Source: Acetobacteraceae bacterium (GTDB taxonomy: Bacteria; Pseudomonadota; Alphaproteobacteria; Acetobacterales; Acetobacteraceae). Taken from it: 64,000 nucleotides of DNA. Position 1 is the stretch's first letter, and each line of letters begins with the position of its first letter. Where the stretch lies: the NCBI GenBank assembly GCA_020848935.1, contig JADLHF010000191.1, forward strand, positions 12,082 through 76,081, in the 5' to 3' direction. Below, one piece after another: positions 18,900 through 28,500 of this stretch. Under the pieces are notes generated by a model, which did no database searches, had not been told where the DNA came from, and saw only the letters and a program-made list of their open reading frames with translations. A program made the position numbers and the translations under genes.

Positions 18900-19052
18900 A
18901 GACTCTTCTTTTTGTGAACAAAAAGAAGCAAAAAAACTTCACCCATTCAGCGGTGGCGGAAGCTGCGTGCGCCATGCCCACCCAGGGCACCACCACCCAA
19001 CGAATAAAGTTTTTTTGCTTCTTTTTGTTCACAAAAAGAAGCCTTGTCTTTC
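18893..19052. repeat. AT-rich double-hairpin element, copy 5 (both units GTGAAC type)
   Basis: ..GAAGTGAAGACT-CTTCTTTTTGTGAACAAAAAGAAG-CAAAAAAACTTCA, centre, AAGTTTTTTTG-CTTCTTTTTGTTCACAAAAAGAAG-CCTTGTCTTTC. The argH TGA (18897-18899) lies in the left end. Confidence 0.9.
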
Positions 19053-19159
19053 TATTGTTGCTCGCCCTGGCCCTCCCCGCCTGCGGCCGCAAGGGCCCGC
19101 CCAACCCCCCGGGCCCGGCGGACAAGATAACCTTCCCCCGCAGCTACCCGGCGCGCTGA
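19025..19159 (+). CDS. Putative small lipoprotein (LptM/YifL-like), start inferred
   Basis: The frame reads (M)FTKRSLVFLLLLALALPACGRKGPPNPPGPADKITFPRSYPAR*, a signal peptide plus lipobox-like LPAC followed by GRKGP. It sits after argH, where small lipoproteins are common. The only in-frame start candidates are TTG (19025 or 19055), and both the start and the basic n-region lie inside repeat copy 5. Confidence 0.35.
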   Translation: MFTKRSLVFLLLLALALPACGRKGPPNPPGPADKITFPRSYPAR

Positions 19160-22100
19160 ACCGCGGAGTCGGGCACGGCGTCGGCGGTTTCCCGCCCTGG
19201 CAGTTTCACCCGGTAGCACAGCGCGTAGAGTGCCGGCAGGAACACCAGCGTCAGCCCGGTGGCCGCCGCCAGACCGCCGATCATGGCGATCGCCATCGGC
19301 CCCCAGAACACGTTCAGGCTCAGCGGCACGAACGCCAGGATGGCGGCCAGCGCCGTCAGCACCACCGGCCGCGCCCGCCGCACGGTGGATTCCACGATCG
19401 CCTCGGCCAGCGAATGCCCGGCGGCCAGGTCCTGCCGCACCTGGTCCACCAGGATGACGGTATTGCGCATGATCATCCCGGCCAGCGCGATCACGCCGAG
19501 CAGCGCCACGAAGCCGAACGCGGCATCGGCGGCCAGCAGGGCGGCCACGGCCCCGATCAGCCCCAGCGGTGCGGTCGCCAGCACCAGCGCCACCCGGCCG
19601 AGATCCTGCAACTGCACCATCAGCAGCAGCACCATGGTGGCGATCATCAGCGGGAACACCGCGGCCAGCGACGCATTGGCCTTGGCCGATTCCTCGGCCG
19701 CCCCGCCGGTCTGGATGCTGACACCGGGCGGCAGCGCGATGGCGCGGATGCGCGGCAGGGCGGCGGCGGTGACGTCGGGCGCCTGCAACCCGTCCTGGAT
19801 GTCGGCGCGCACGGTGATGAAGGCGGCACGGTCGCGGCGCCACAGGATCGGCTCCTCCACCGTCGCCACGATCCGCCCCAGCTGCGACAGCGGCAGCGGC
19901 CCGGCCGGCGTCATCAGCACCAGGTCGGCCAGCCGGTCCAGCTCCAGCCGCTCCTCCGGCGCCGCGCGCAGCACCACGTCGATCAGCTTGGTCCCCGCCC
20001 GCAGTTGCGTCGCCGTGGTGCCGGAAATCTGCGCCTGCAACGTCTGGGCAATCTGCGCCGGCGACAGCCCCAGCGCGCGGATGCGCGCCTGGTCCAGCTC
20101 CAGCGTCAGCCCCGGCGCCCGCTCGCCCCAGCCGATCTCGGCCCGCCGCGTGCCCGGCGTGGCGCGCAATGCCGCCAGCGCCTCGTCCGCCACCCCCCGC
20201 ACCGCCTGCATGTCGGCGCCCACCACGCGGAACTGCACCGGAAACCCCACCGGCGGCCCAAGCTCCATTCGCGACACGCGCACCCGCGCCTCCGGCACCC
20301 CCTCGGCGGCCACAAACGCCATCAGCCGCGCCCGCGCGCGCTCCCGCGCTTCCATGTCCGTGGTGGTCAGCACCATGGTGGCCACCGCATCGTTCGGCAG
20401 CGCCGGGTTCACCGTCAGCGCGAAGCGCGGCCCACCATTGCCGATATAGGCGGTGAACCAGCGCACGTCCCGCTTCAGCTCGGGATCGCCCGCCAGCTTC
20501 GCCTCGATCTTCGCCACCGCGGCGGCCGTCGCCGCATGGCTGGCACCCTGGCGCAGCGTGACGTCCAGCAACAGCTCCGGCCGCGCCGAGGACGGGAAGA
20601 ACTGCTGCTTCACCAGCCCCATGCCCGCCCCGGCCAGCACCAGCAGCGCCACAGTCGCCAGCACCACGCTGCGCCGCCACCGCAGCGACCACTGCACCGC
20701 ACGCCGCAGCGCGCGATAAATCCGGGTTTCGTAAATGGCGTGATGCGCCTGGCCGGCCCCCCGTTTCGGCGCCGGCAGCAGCAGCACGCCCAGGAACGGC
20801 GTGAACACCACCGCCACGACCCAACTGGCCAGCAACGCCAGCCCCACCACCCAGAAGATGCCGCCGGCATATTCCCCGGTGGTGGAATTCGCCAACCCCA
20901 CCGGCATGAACCCCGCCGCCGTCACCAAGGTGCCGGACAGCATCGGGAACGCCGTCGACGTCCAGGCATGGCCCGCCGCGCGCACCCGGTCCCACCCCTC
21001 GTCCAGCTTCACCACCATCGTCTCGATGGCGATGATCGCGTCGTCCACCAGCAGCCCCAGCGACAGGATCAGCGCGCCCAGCGAAATCCGCTGCAACTCG
21101 ATCCCCGCCGCCTCCATGACGATGAACACGATCGCCAGCGTCAACGGCACCGCCAGCGCCACCACCAGCCCGGCGCGAAACCCCAGCGAGGCGAACGACA
21201 CCAGCAGCACCACCACCAGCGCGGCGACGAACTTCATCAGGAATTCGCCGACGGCCTCCGCCACCACTTCCGGCTGGTCGGCAATCCGGTCCAGCGCCAG
21301 GCCCACCGGCAGGTCGGCCTGGATGCGCGCCATCTCCTCGGTCAACGCCGCGCCGAAATGCAGGGCATTGGTGCCCTTGCGCATCGATACCGCGATCACC
21401 ACCGCCCCCTGGGCGTTGTGGCGCACTTCGGAGAACAGCGGCTCCTGGTAGCCGGCGCGAATACTCGCCACCTCGCCCAGCCGCAGCGTCCGCCCGCCGC
21501 TGGCCACCGGCACATCGCCCACCGCCGCCACCCCGCCATCGGTACCGGCCGCCAGCGCCCCGCTGACCCGCACCGGCACCCGGCTGCTGGCGGTGTCCAC
21601 AATGCCGGACGCCGCCACCAGGTTCTGCCGCGCCAGCGCCGCGGCGATCTCCTGCACCGTCACGCCCAGCGAGGCCAGCCGCGCCTGGTTGAACTCCACG
21701 AAGACCGTGCGCGGAATCTCGCCCAGGATATTGACCTTCTCGGCGCCGGCCACCTTCAGCAGCCGGTTGCGAATCCCCTCCGCCGCGCGCACCAGCGTCG
21801 CATTGTCCGCCCCGGTCAGGGCGAACACCGCGCCATAGACATCGGTGAACTCGTCGTTGGCGAACGGTCCCTGCACGCCCTGCGGCAAGTCGGGCCGCAA
21901 ATCGTCCAGCCGCTTGCGCACCTGGTAGAACAGCGCCGGCACCTGCGCCGGCGGCGTGTCGTCGCGAAAGCTCAGCATGCTGGCCACGAAGCCCGGCCGG
22001 GTGTACGTGTCCAGGTGGTCGATATACGGCGTGTCCTGCAGCTTGCGCTCGATCCGCTCGGCCACCAGCGCCTGGGTCTCGCGCGCCGTCGCCCCCGGCC

Positions 22101-22284
22101 ACACCGCGGTCACCACCATCAGCTTCAGGGTGAAGGACGGGTCCTCGCCGCGCCCCAGCTTCTGGTAGGAAAAGCCCCCGGCAATGAACAGCAGCGCAAT
22201 CAGGAAGCCGGTCAGGCTGCGATGCGCCACCGCCCAGGCCGAAAGATTGAAGCGGGACACCGCGCTAATCCCCCAGCCGGGCAA
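19144..22284 (-). CDS. RND family efflux transporter permease (AcrB/HAE1-like)
   Basis: The ~1040-aa product begins ..SRFNLSAWAVAHRSLTGFLIALLFIAGG.. and has the 12-TM plus two large loop layout. A GTG at 22260 is an alternative start, 4 nt after the adaptor gene's stop. Confidence 0.9.
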   Translation of the reverse strand: MPGWGISAVSRFNLSAWAVAHRSLTGFLIALLFIAGGFSYQKLGRGEDPSFTLKLMVVTAVWPGATARETQALVAERIERKLQDTPYIDHLDTYTRPGFVASMLSFRDDTPPAQVPALFYQVRKRLDDLRPDLPQGVQGPFANDEFTDVYGAVFALTGADNATLVRAAEGIRNRLLKVAGAEKVNILGEIPRTVFVEFNQARLASLGVTVQEIAAALARQNLVAASGIVDTASSRVPVRVSGALAAGTDGGVAAVGDVPVASGGRTLRLGEVASIRAGYQEPLFSEVRHNAQGAVVIAVSMRKGTNALHFGAALTEEMARIQADLPVGLALDRIADQPEVVAEAVGEFLMKFVAALVVVLLVSFASLGFRAGLVVALAVPLTLAIVFIVMEAAGIELQRISLGALILSLGLLVDDAIIAIETMVVKLDEGWDRVRAAGHAWTSTAFPMLSGTLVTAAGFMPVGLANSTTGEYAGGIFWVVGLALLASWVVAVVFTPFLGVLLLPAPKRGAGQAHHAIYETRIYRALRRAVQWSLRWRRSVVLATVALLVLAGAGMGLVKQQFFPSSARPELLLDVTLRQGASHAATAAAVAKIEAKLAGDPELKRDVRWFTAYIGNGGPRFALTVNPALPNDAVATMVLTTTDMEARERARARLMAFVAAEGVPEARVRVSRMELGPPVGFPVQFRVVGADMQAVRGVADEALAALRATPGTRRAEIGWGERAPGLTLELDQARIRALGLSPAQIAQTLQAQISGTTATQLRAGTKLIDVVLRAAPEERLELDRLADLVLMTPAGPLPLSQLGRIVATVEEPILWRRDRAAFITVRADIQDGLQAPDVTAAALPRIRAIALPPGVSIQTGGAAEESAKANASLAAVFPLMIATMVLLLMVQLQDLGRVALVLATAPLGLIGAVAALLAADAAFGFVALLGVIALAGMIMRNTVILVDQVRQDLAAGHSLAEAIVESTVRRARPVVLTALAAILAFVPLSLNVFWGPMAIAMIGGLAAATGLTLVFLPALYALCYRVKLPGRETADAVPDSAVQRAG

Positions 22285-23332
22285 TGCGCACCCGCGCCGC
22301 CGGATCCAATTTGTGCCCGCCCAGCGCCACGATGGTCGCGCCCGGCGCCACCCCGCTCACCACCGCATGATCCCGGCCCAGCGACATGATCTGCACCGGC
22401 CGCGCCACCACCGCGTCGCCGGCAATCACCCACACCATCGCCCCCTGGCCGCGATCCACCAGCGCCGCGGCCGGCACGCTGGCCAACCCCTCCGGCACCG
22501 TCGCGCGCAGCGACACGGTGGCGCTCATGCCAATCGCCAGCCACGCCGGCGGCGCCGCCAGCGTGAACCGCGCCGCATAGAGCCGCAGCCCCGGCGTCGC
22601 GGCCGCGGCCAGCTCGCGCAAATGCGCCGGAATCGTGGCATCCGGGTCCGCCCACAACGACACCTCGGCCGCCGCCCGCCGCGCGTCACCCAGCGCCGTC
22701 TCCGGCAACTGCACCTCCACCTCCAGCCCGCGCGCATCCGCCAGCCGCAGCACCGGCTGCCCCTCGTCCACCACCGTGCCGCGATCGGCCAGCACCGCCG
22801 TCACCACGCCATCCACCGGCGCGCGCAACACCGCATGCTCCAGCCGGTTGCGCGCCAAGGCCCGCGCCGCACGCGCCGCCAGCACCCGCTGCTTCGCGCT
22901 GCGCGCCGCCGCCTGCCTCTGGTCATCCGCCGCCGCCGAGGCCCAGCCGCCCGCCGCCAGCGTGCGGCTGCGCCCCGCCTCGGCCGTCGCCAGCGCCGCC
23001 TGCGCCTCGGCACTGGCCAGGTCCGCCTCGGCGGCACGCACGCCCAGCGCAATGTCGGCATCATCCAACCGCGCCAGCGCCTGGCCCGCCGTCACCCGCG
23101 CCCCGACATCCACCTCGCGCGCCACGATGCGCCCCGCCGCGCGAAATCCCACATCCGCCTCCCGCCGCGGCCGGATCACCCCGGGATAGCGCCGCGGCGC
23201 CTCCTCCTGCGCCGGCTGAACCACCGTCGCCAGAACCGGGCGCACCGGATGGTCCACCGTCGCCTCGGCACGCTCGAAACAGCCGCCCAGCGCGAGCGGC
23301 AGCACCAGCAGCAACATGTGGGAAGGGCGCAT
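22265..23332 (-). CDS. RND efflux periplasmic adaptor (MFP/HlyD_D23 family), lipoprotein-type
   Basis: MRPSHMLLLVLPLALGGC is a lipobox. It is followed by the ..GVIRPRREADVGFRAAGRIVAREVDVG.. barrel-sandwich region and a coiled-coil Ala-rich hairpin, directly upstream of the RND permease. Confidence 0.85.
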   Translation of the reverse strand: MRPSHMLLLVLPLALGGCFERAEATVDHPVRPVLATVVQPAQEEAPRRYPGVIRPRREADVGFRAAGRIVAREVDVGARVTAGQALARLDDADIALGVRAAEADLASAEAQAALATAEAGRSRTLAAGGWASAAADDQRQAAARSAKQRVLAARAARALARNRLEHAVLRAPVDGVVTAVLADRGTVVDEGQPVLRLADARGLEVEVQLPETALGDARRAAAEVSLWADPDATIPAHLRELAAAATPGLRLYAARFTLAAPPAWLAIGMSATVSLRATVPEGLASVPAAALVDRGQGAMVWVIAGDAVVARPVQIMSLGRDHAVVSGVAPGATIVALGGHKLDPAARVRIARLGD

Positions 23333-23367
23333 TGGCCACCTCATTCAGGATTGCCTCGAATCTGCCT

Positions 23368-23401
23368 TCGTATATGATGAATCTTAATATTCGTCATACG
23401 A
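23368..23401. promoter_or_regulatory. Imperfect AT-rich inverted repeat upstream of the RND operon (candidate operator or promoter element)
   Basis: TCGTATATGATGAAT-cttaat-ATTCGTCATACGA lies 36-70 bp upstream of the adaptor gene start, in the only AT-rich non-repeat stretch of this intergenic region. Confidence 0.4.
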
Positions 23402-23443
23402 CAAATCGTCGTGAAGCACGGTATTTTCACCAGGGCTTTGCAG

Positions 23444-23584
23444 TAAGGAAGGTCTTCTTTTTTCTGAAGAAAAAGAAGCAAAAAGACTTCATTCAAAAGA
23501 AAGAATCGCAATATATGCATACGAAGCACCAGGTCATGAAAGTTTTTTGGTTCTTTTTTTCAAAAAAGAACGCTTTCCTGCCCC
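23444..23584 (+). repeat. AT-rich double-hairpin element, copy 6 (CTGAAG unit on the left, GTTC unit on the right)
   Basis: TAAGGAAGGT-CTTCTTTTTTCTGAAGAAAAAGAAG-CAAAAAGACTTCATTCA, centre, CATGAAAGTTTTTTG-GTTCTTTTTTTCAAAAAAGAAC-GCTTTCCTGCCCC. Confidence 0.92.
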
Positions 23585-23588
23585 TCCC

Positions 23589-23945
23589 CTAGGGCCGCAA
23601 CGCCCGCAGCACCAACTTCGCCATCGCCGGCAGATCCTCCTTGGCCCATTGCTCGATCAGCATGGCGTGGCAGAAATGCGCGGTTGCGGCGTGCGGTCGA
23701 ACACGCAAGCCGCCTGGCCGTGCATCACCACATGGCGCAGGGCCGTGCCGATGTCGTGGATATGGGCGCCGATGATCCCCCAACGCTCCTGCATCGCCGC
23801 ATTGACCATGGCGTGCAGGCGCTTCTCGTCGAAGAAAAGCTGCACCATCTTGCCGTAAAGGTCCTGGAAAATCGAACGAATTCGGTCGGGCGCCGGCGCC
23901 GCGGGGCCCATCACCGCGCCCGCCGCTCGCATTCCGTCAGCCATT
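23589..23945 (-). pseudogene. Small hypothetical gene with an apparent frameshift (two high-GC3 frames abut near 23690-23700)
   Basis: Frame A reads MADGMRAAG...IRSIFQDLYGKMVQLFFDEKRLHAMVNAAMQERWG...ACVFDRTPQP and then stops after low-GC3 codons. A shifted frame continues HFCHAMLIEQWAKEDLPAMAKLVLRALRP* with high GC3. I did not recognise a family. Confidence 0.35.
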
Positions 23946-23961
23946 GCGCGCCGCTTCGGCG

Positions 23962-24219
23962 CTACTCCGCCTTGGCGTCGTGGAACCAGGCCTCCACCGG
24001 GCCTGACAGCTTCATCGTCATCGGGTTGCCGCGCCGGTCCACCGTCTTGCCGATCGCCACCCGCACCCAACCCTCGCTGATGCAGTATTCCTCGACATTG
24101 GTGCGTTCCACGCCCTTGAACCGTATCCCCACCCCGCGCTGCAACAGCGCCTGGTCGAACCACGGGCTCTTGGGATCGGTGGAAAGCCGGTCGGGCGGGG
24201 TATCGGGTGTGTCGCTCAT
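23962..24219 (-). CDS. DUF3297 family small protein
   Basis: MSDTPDTPPDRLSTDPKSPWFDQALLQRGVGIRFKGVERTNVEEYCISEGWVRV...KLSGPVEAWF matches my recollection of the DUF3297 pattern. Confidence 0.7.
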   Translation of the reverse strand: MSDTPDTPPDRLSTDPKSPWFDQALLQRGVGIRFKGVERTNVEEYCISEGWVRVAIGKTVDRRGNPMTMKLSGPVEAWFHDAKAE

Positions 24220-24254
24220 GCCCCCCATATAGCGCGGCCACACCGCCGCCGCCT

Positions 24255-25361
24255 ATGGTCCCGCGCATGCCGCGCCCCACGCCCCTGGACCATCTCCGCC
24301 GCCACGCCCTGGCCGCCGCCTTTCCCCGCCCCACGACCCTGCCGGCGGCGCTGGCGGCAATCGGCTTCGTCCAGGCCGACCCCATCCGCGCCCCCGCCCG
24401 CGCCCAGGACCTCATCCTGCGCCACCGCGTCCGCGCCTATCGCGCCGGCGAGCTGGAACGCCGCTACCCCCGCCTCGCGCTGGAGGAAGGCTACCTGCAT
24501 GTCTACGGCTTCATGACCCCCGACCTGCACGCCCTGCTGCACCCCCGCCGCGACCCCGCCTTGCCGGACGGCATGCTGGTGCCCGACTCCATCGCCCAAT
24601 CCGTGCTCGCCCATGTCCGCCACCACGGCCCCAGCCACCCCGCCGACATCGCCATCGCGCTGGGCACCGGGCGCACCGTGAACGCCTGGGGCGGCCAGTC
24701 GCAGGCCACCACGCGGGCGCTGGACCTGCTGCAACACCACGGCCTGCTGCGCGTCGCCGGCCGGCGCCGCGGCATCCGGGTCTATGCGGCGGCGCCGTCG
24801 CCGGCCGCCACCCTGGCGCCGGCCGACCGCCTCGCCCGCCTGGCGCTGCACCTGGCCCGCCAGCTCGCCCCGGTGGCGCAGCCCACCCTCACCGGCCTGG
24901 TCGCCCGCGTCGCGCGCATGACCATCGGCGAACAGCCCCGCCCCGGCGCGGTCGCCGACCTGCTGCGGCGCGGCGAACTGCAAGCCGCCGAGATCGACGG
25001 CGTCACCTATCTCTGGCCCGCCGGCACGCCCCCCGCGCCCCGCCCCGCCCCGGCGCTGCGCTTCCTCGCCCCGTTCGACCCCCTGGTCTGGTGCCGCCGC
25101 CGCTTCGAACACCTGTGGGGCTGGGAGTACCGCTTCGAGGCCTACACCAAGCCGGAAAAGCGCCTGCGCGGCTATTACGCCCTGCCGCTGCTCTGGCGCG
25201 GCGACGTGATCGGCTGGGTCAACCTCGCGCGCACCGCCCATGGGCTCGACGCCACCCCCGGCTTCATCGCCGGCCGCCCCGACGACCCCGCCTTCACCCG
25301 CGCCTTCGACGCCGAAGTGGCGGCGATGGCCGCCTTCCTGCACGGCGACACCACGGCCTGA
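24255..25361 (+). CDS. YcaQ/AlkZ-like winged-helix DNA glycosylase family protein (DUF1006)
   Basis: IGFVQADPIRAPARAQDLILRHRV..., FLAPFDPLVWCRRRFEHLWGWEYRFEAYTKPEKRLRGYYALPLLWRGDVIGWVNL. The start is ATG at 24255 or 24267. Confidence 0.8.
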   Translation: MVPRMPRPTPLDHLRRHALAAAFPRPTTLPAALAAIGFVQADPIRAPARAQDLILRHRVRAYRAGELERRYPRLALEEGYLHVYGFMTPDLHALLHPRRDPALPDGMLVPDSIAQSVLAHVRHHGPSHPADIAIALGTGRTVNAWGGQSQATTRALDLLQHHGLLRVAGRRRGIRVYAAAPSPAATLAPADRLARLALHLARQLAPVAQPTLTGLVARVARMTIGEQPRPGAVADLLRRGELQAAEIDGVTYLWPAGTPPAPRPAPALRFLAPFDPLVWCRRRFEHLWGWEYRFEAYTKPEKRLRGYYALPLLWRGDVIGWVNLARTAHGLDATPGFIAGRPDDPAFTRAFDAEVAAMAAFLHGDTTA

Positions 25362-25433
25362 TTCCGCAGCCTGATCCCGCGGCCTGATCCCGCCGCCTGA
25401 TACCGCCGCCCGATACCGCGGCCTGAGGCGGGG
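25356..25433. repeat. 13-bp tandem repeat, six copies
   Basis: GCCTGATTCCGCA / GCCTGATCCCGCG / GCCTGATCCCGCC / GCCTGATACCGCC / GCCCGATACCGCG / GCCTGAGGCGGGG. The first copy contains the ycaQ-like stop codon. Confidence 0.9.
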
Positions 25434-25450
25434 CCGCCACAACGGCTGCA

Positions 25451-25479
25451 TTGACAAAAGCGTGTCGTAATCGTATCGT
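25451..25479 (+). promoter_or_regulatory. Sigma-70-like promoter for the giant repeat-protein gene
   Basis: TTGACA, a 17-nt spacer, then TATCGT. AAGGAG lies at 25516-25521, 7 nt before the ATG at 25529. Confidence 0.5.
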
Positions 25480-25528
25480 TCTAACGCTCTTGTAACGACC
25501 CGTTGCCGGCCCGCCAAGGAGTTGCCAA

Positions 25529-28500
25529 ATGGCCAGTCCCTCCCTCACCGCGGCCGCGGCCATCACCGCCTTCGGCGCCGGCACGCTGCCCGCCGGCAGC
25601 ATCATCGCCGACACCGCGCGCACCATCGCCGCCAATATCGACGCACTGCTGCCGCTGGCCAATTCCGGCCTGCTGACCGGCATCGCGCTGCGCAACGGCG
25701 GCCGCCCGACGATGGTCGTCACCCCGGCCCAGGCCACCGCCGACGCCGCGGTGCTGGCGCTGGTCACCAGCCCCTATGTCATGACCCAGCGCCTCACCGC
25801 CGCCCAGGCCGCCGGCCCCACGCTGTCGGCGGGGTTCGAGGGTTTCGGCGTATGGGACACCGCCGCCAACATCGCCGCCAACCTCGCCGATATCGAGGCG
25901 CTCTGGCGCACCGGCACGCTCAACGCCGTCCGCCTGGAAGATTCCACCCCGCCGCCCAACTTCGCCCTGTCGGCCGCCCAGGTCGCCGCCAACATCGATG
26001 CCCTGCGCCTGATCGGCTCGCCCTTCGCCATCACGCTGACCGATGCCGGCACGCCCAAGATCACCCTGCCGGTCTGGGCCGACAGCGAAGCCAACTACTC
26101 CCAGGTGATCGCCAACATCGCCTCCCCCTTCACGCTGGAGATCAACGGCGTGATGCGGCCCACGCGGGTCGCCGGCATCATCGCGGGCATCAACCGCTCG
26201 GGCAACTTCGAAACCTCGGTGCCGGCCAACCCGATCGCCCCGTTCGGCACCACCAGCACCGCCCTGCTGCCCGCCAATCTCACCGTGCAGGATTACCAGG
26301 GGAAGATTTCGAGCTTCATCGAATCGCTCCAGCTCGCCGCCGCCGCCGGCAAGCTCACCGCCATCCTGATGCGCGATGCCGGCGTGCAGGTGCTCAGCCT
26401 CACCCCCGCCCAGCTGACCGCCAGCGCCCAGGCCGTGGCGCTGTTCTCCCCCAACGTCCAGCTCTCGCAGATCATCACCGCCACCCAGGCCGCCAGCCCC
26501 ACCCTGGATAGCCGCTTCTTCAACTTCACCGTCCAGGACTCGGTGGCCAACATCCTGGCCAACATCCCGGCGATCGACGCCCTGATGCGCGCCGGCCAGC
26601 TCGCCAAGCTGCGCTTCACCGAGGCCACCCCCAACCTCCAGCTCACCGCCGCCCAGCTCGGCCAGGCCGCCCTGGTGCTCGGCCAGGCCTACGAAGACGC
26701 GCAATCGATCCAGCTGACCGATCTCGGCACCCCCACCATCACCATCGCCGCCGCGGTGCTGGCCAACAGCAACGTGCGCAGCAACGTGCTGAACCTGATC
26801 GCCGGACCATTCAAGCTGGTGGTCACCGGCGCCATCTCCGCCGGCACCGCCGCCACCATCGTCTCGGAAAACAACCGGGTCCTGGCCAGCCTCGATGTCG
26901 GCGGCGTGCGCATCGCCGACTCCGGCGCCAATATCGGCACCAACATCGCCGCCCTGACAACGATGGGGGCCAAGGTTGCGGCCATCGACCTGCTGAACAC
27001 CGGGGTGGCGTCGCTCGGCATCTCCATCGGCACGGCCACCGCCAATGCCGCCACCCTGGCCAGGATCACCTCGCCATACGTCAACGCCACGCCCACCGCC
27101 ACGCCCGTCACGCTGACCGCCGCCCAACTCCTGGCGCAGCTCGCCACGCTGGAGGCCAGCGCCCGCGCCGGCACGCTGGGCACCGTCACCCTCAGCGACG
27201 CGGGCGTTCCCGCGCTCGGCATGACCACGGCCCAGCTCGTCGCCAACATGGAAGCGCTGGTCAAGATCGCCGGCAGCTACACCATCACCCTCTCCGACAC
27301 CGGCGACTGGAACTTCCAGGCCTGGCAGATGTCCAGCGGCGCCGCCAATGTCCTGAACCACACCACCCCGATCGGCTCGCCCACGCTGGCGATCAGCGGC
27401 GCCATCAATGCCGCCACGGCCACCGTGATCGCCCAGAACGCCGGCGCGGGCTCAACCATCTCCCCCAAGCTGCAAATCCGCGACTTCGCCAGCAATGTCG
27501 CCACCAACATCGCCGGGATCCAGACCCTGGCCGCCGCCGGGTTCCTGGGCGGCATCACGCTGATCGACAATGGCGGCGTCGGCCGCGTGATCCTGACGGC
27601 GGCACAGGCCGCGGCCGCACCCGATGCGCTGGCGGCGATCACCTCGCCCCATGCCCTGGTCCTCTCGGTCACCGCCGCCCAGGCGCTCACCGCCACCGTG
27701 CCCAGCGGCGACTTCGACTCGCTGCACGTCAACGACACCCTGGCCAACATCGCGGCCAACCTCGCCGGGCTGGAGAAGCTGGCCGCCAACGGCACCATCA
27801 CCGGCATCACCTACACCGGCACGGTGCTGAACCTGCCCGCGGCCCAGGTCGGCGCCCATGCCGAGCTGCTGCTGCGCCTGGGCACCGGCTACACCATCAA
27901 CCTCACCGATGGCGGCACCCCGACCATCGCCCTCCAGGAATGGCAGCTCGCCGGCAACATCGCCACCCTGCTGAACCGCATCGCCTCGCCCTACACCCTG
28001 GCGATCGACGGCCCGATCCGCGCCCAGCGCGCCTCCACCCTGGTTGCCGCCGGCGCCACCATCTACACCAAGCTGGTGCCGAACTCGCTGCAGATCCGCG
28101 ACTACCCCACCAGCTTCCGCGGCCGGATGGACGACCTCCTCACCCTGGTCACCGCCGGCAAGATCGCCTCCATCGACACCCGCGGCGGCCAGCCGCCGTT
28201 CTCGCTGAACGACGGCGACCCGACCACCTATGCCGCCCTCCTGGCCAGGATCAACACGCCCTACACGCTGTCGCAGTACATCACCGTGGCCCAGATCGCC
28301 GGCGCCAGCCTGGCCGCCCCGTTCCAGAGCTTCACCGTCTACGACAGCGTCGCCAACATCCTGGCCGGCCTGTCCCAGGTCCAGGCGCTGGCCGCCGCCG
28401 GCACGCTCGGCCGGCTGCAATTCAGCGATGCCGCCCCGCGCATCACCACCACCGCCGCCACCCTGATGTCCGGCCTGGACGCCTTCGCCCAGCAGGACAG

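Noticed and set aside
23332-23592. Short ORFs translated from the repeat elements (peptides such as MKVFWFFFSKKN, FCFFLFTKR, LLLFLQKKK; for example 23332..23592, 46582..46893, 49220..49429, 59527..59709).
   Set aside because: They arise only because AT-rich palindromes lack stops in some frames. The same peptides appear in both orientations at every copy, there are no ribosome-binding sites, and the low GC3 is unlike the real genes.
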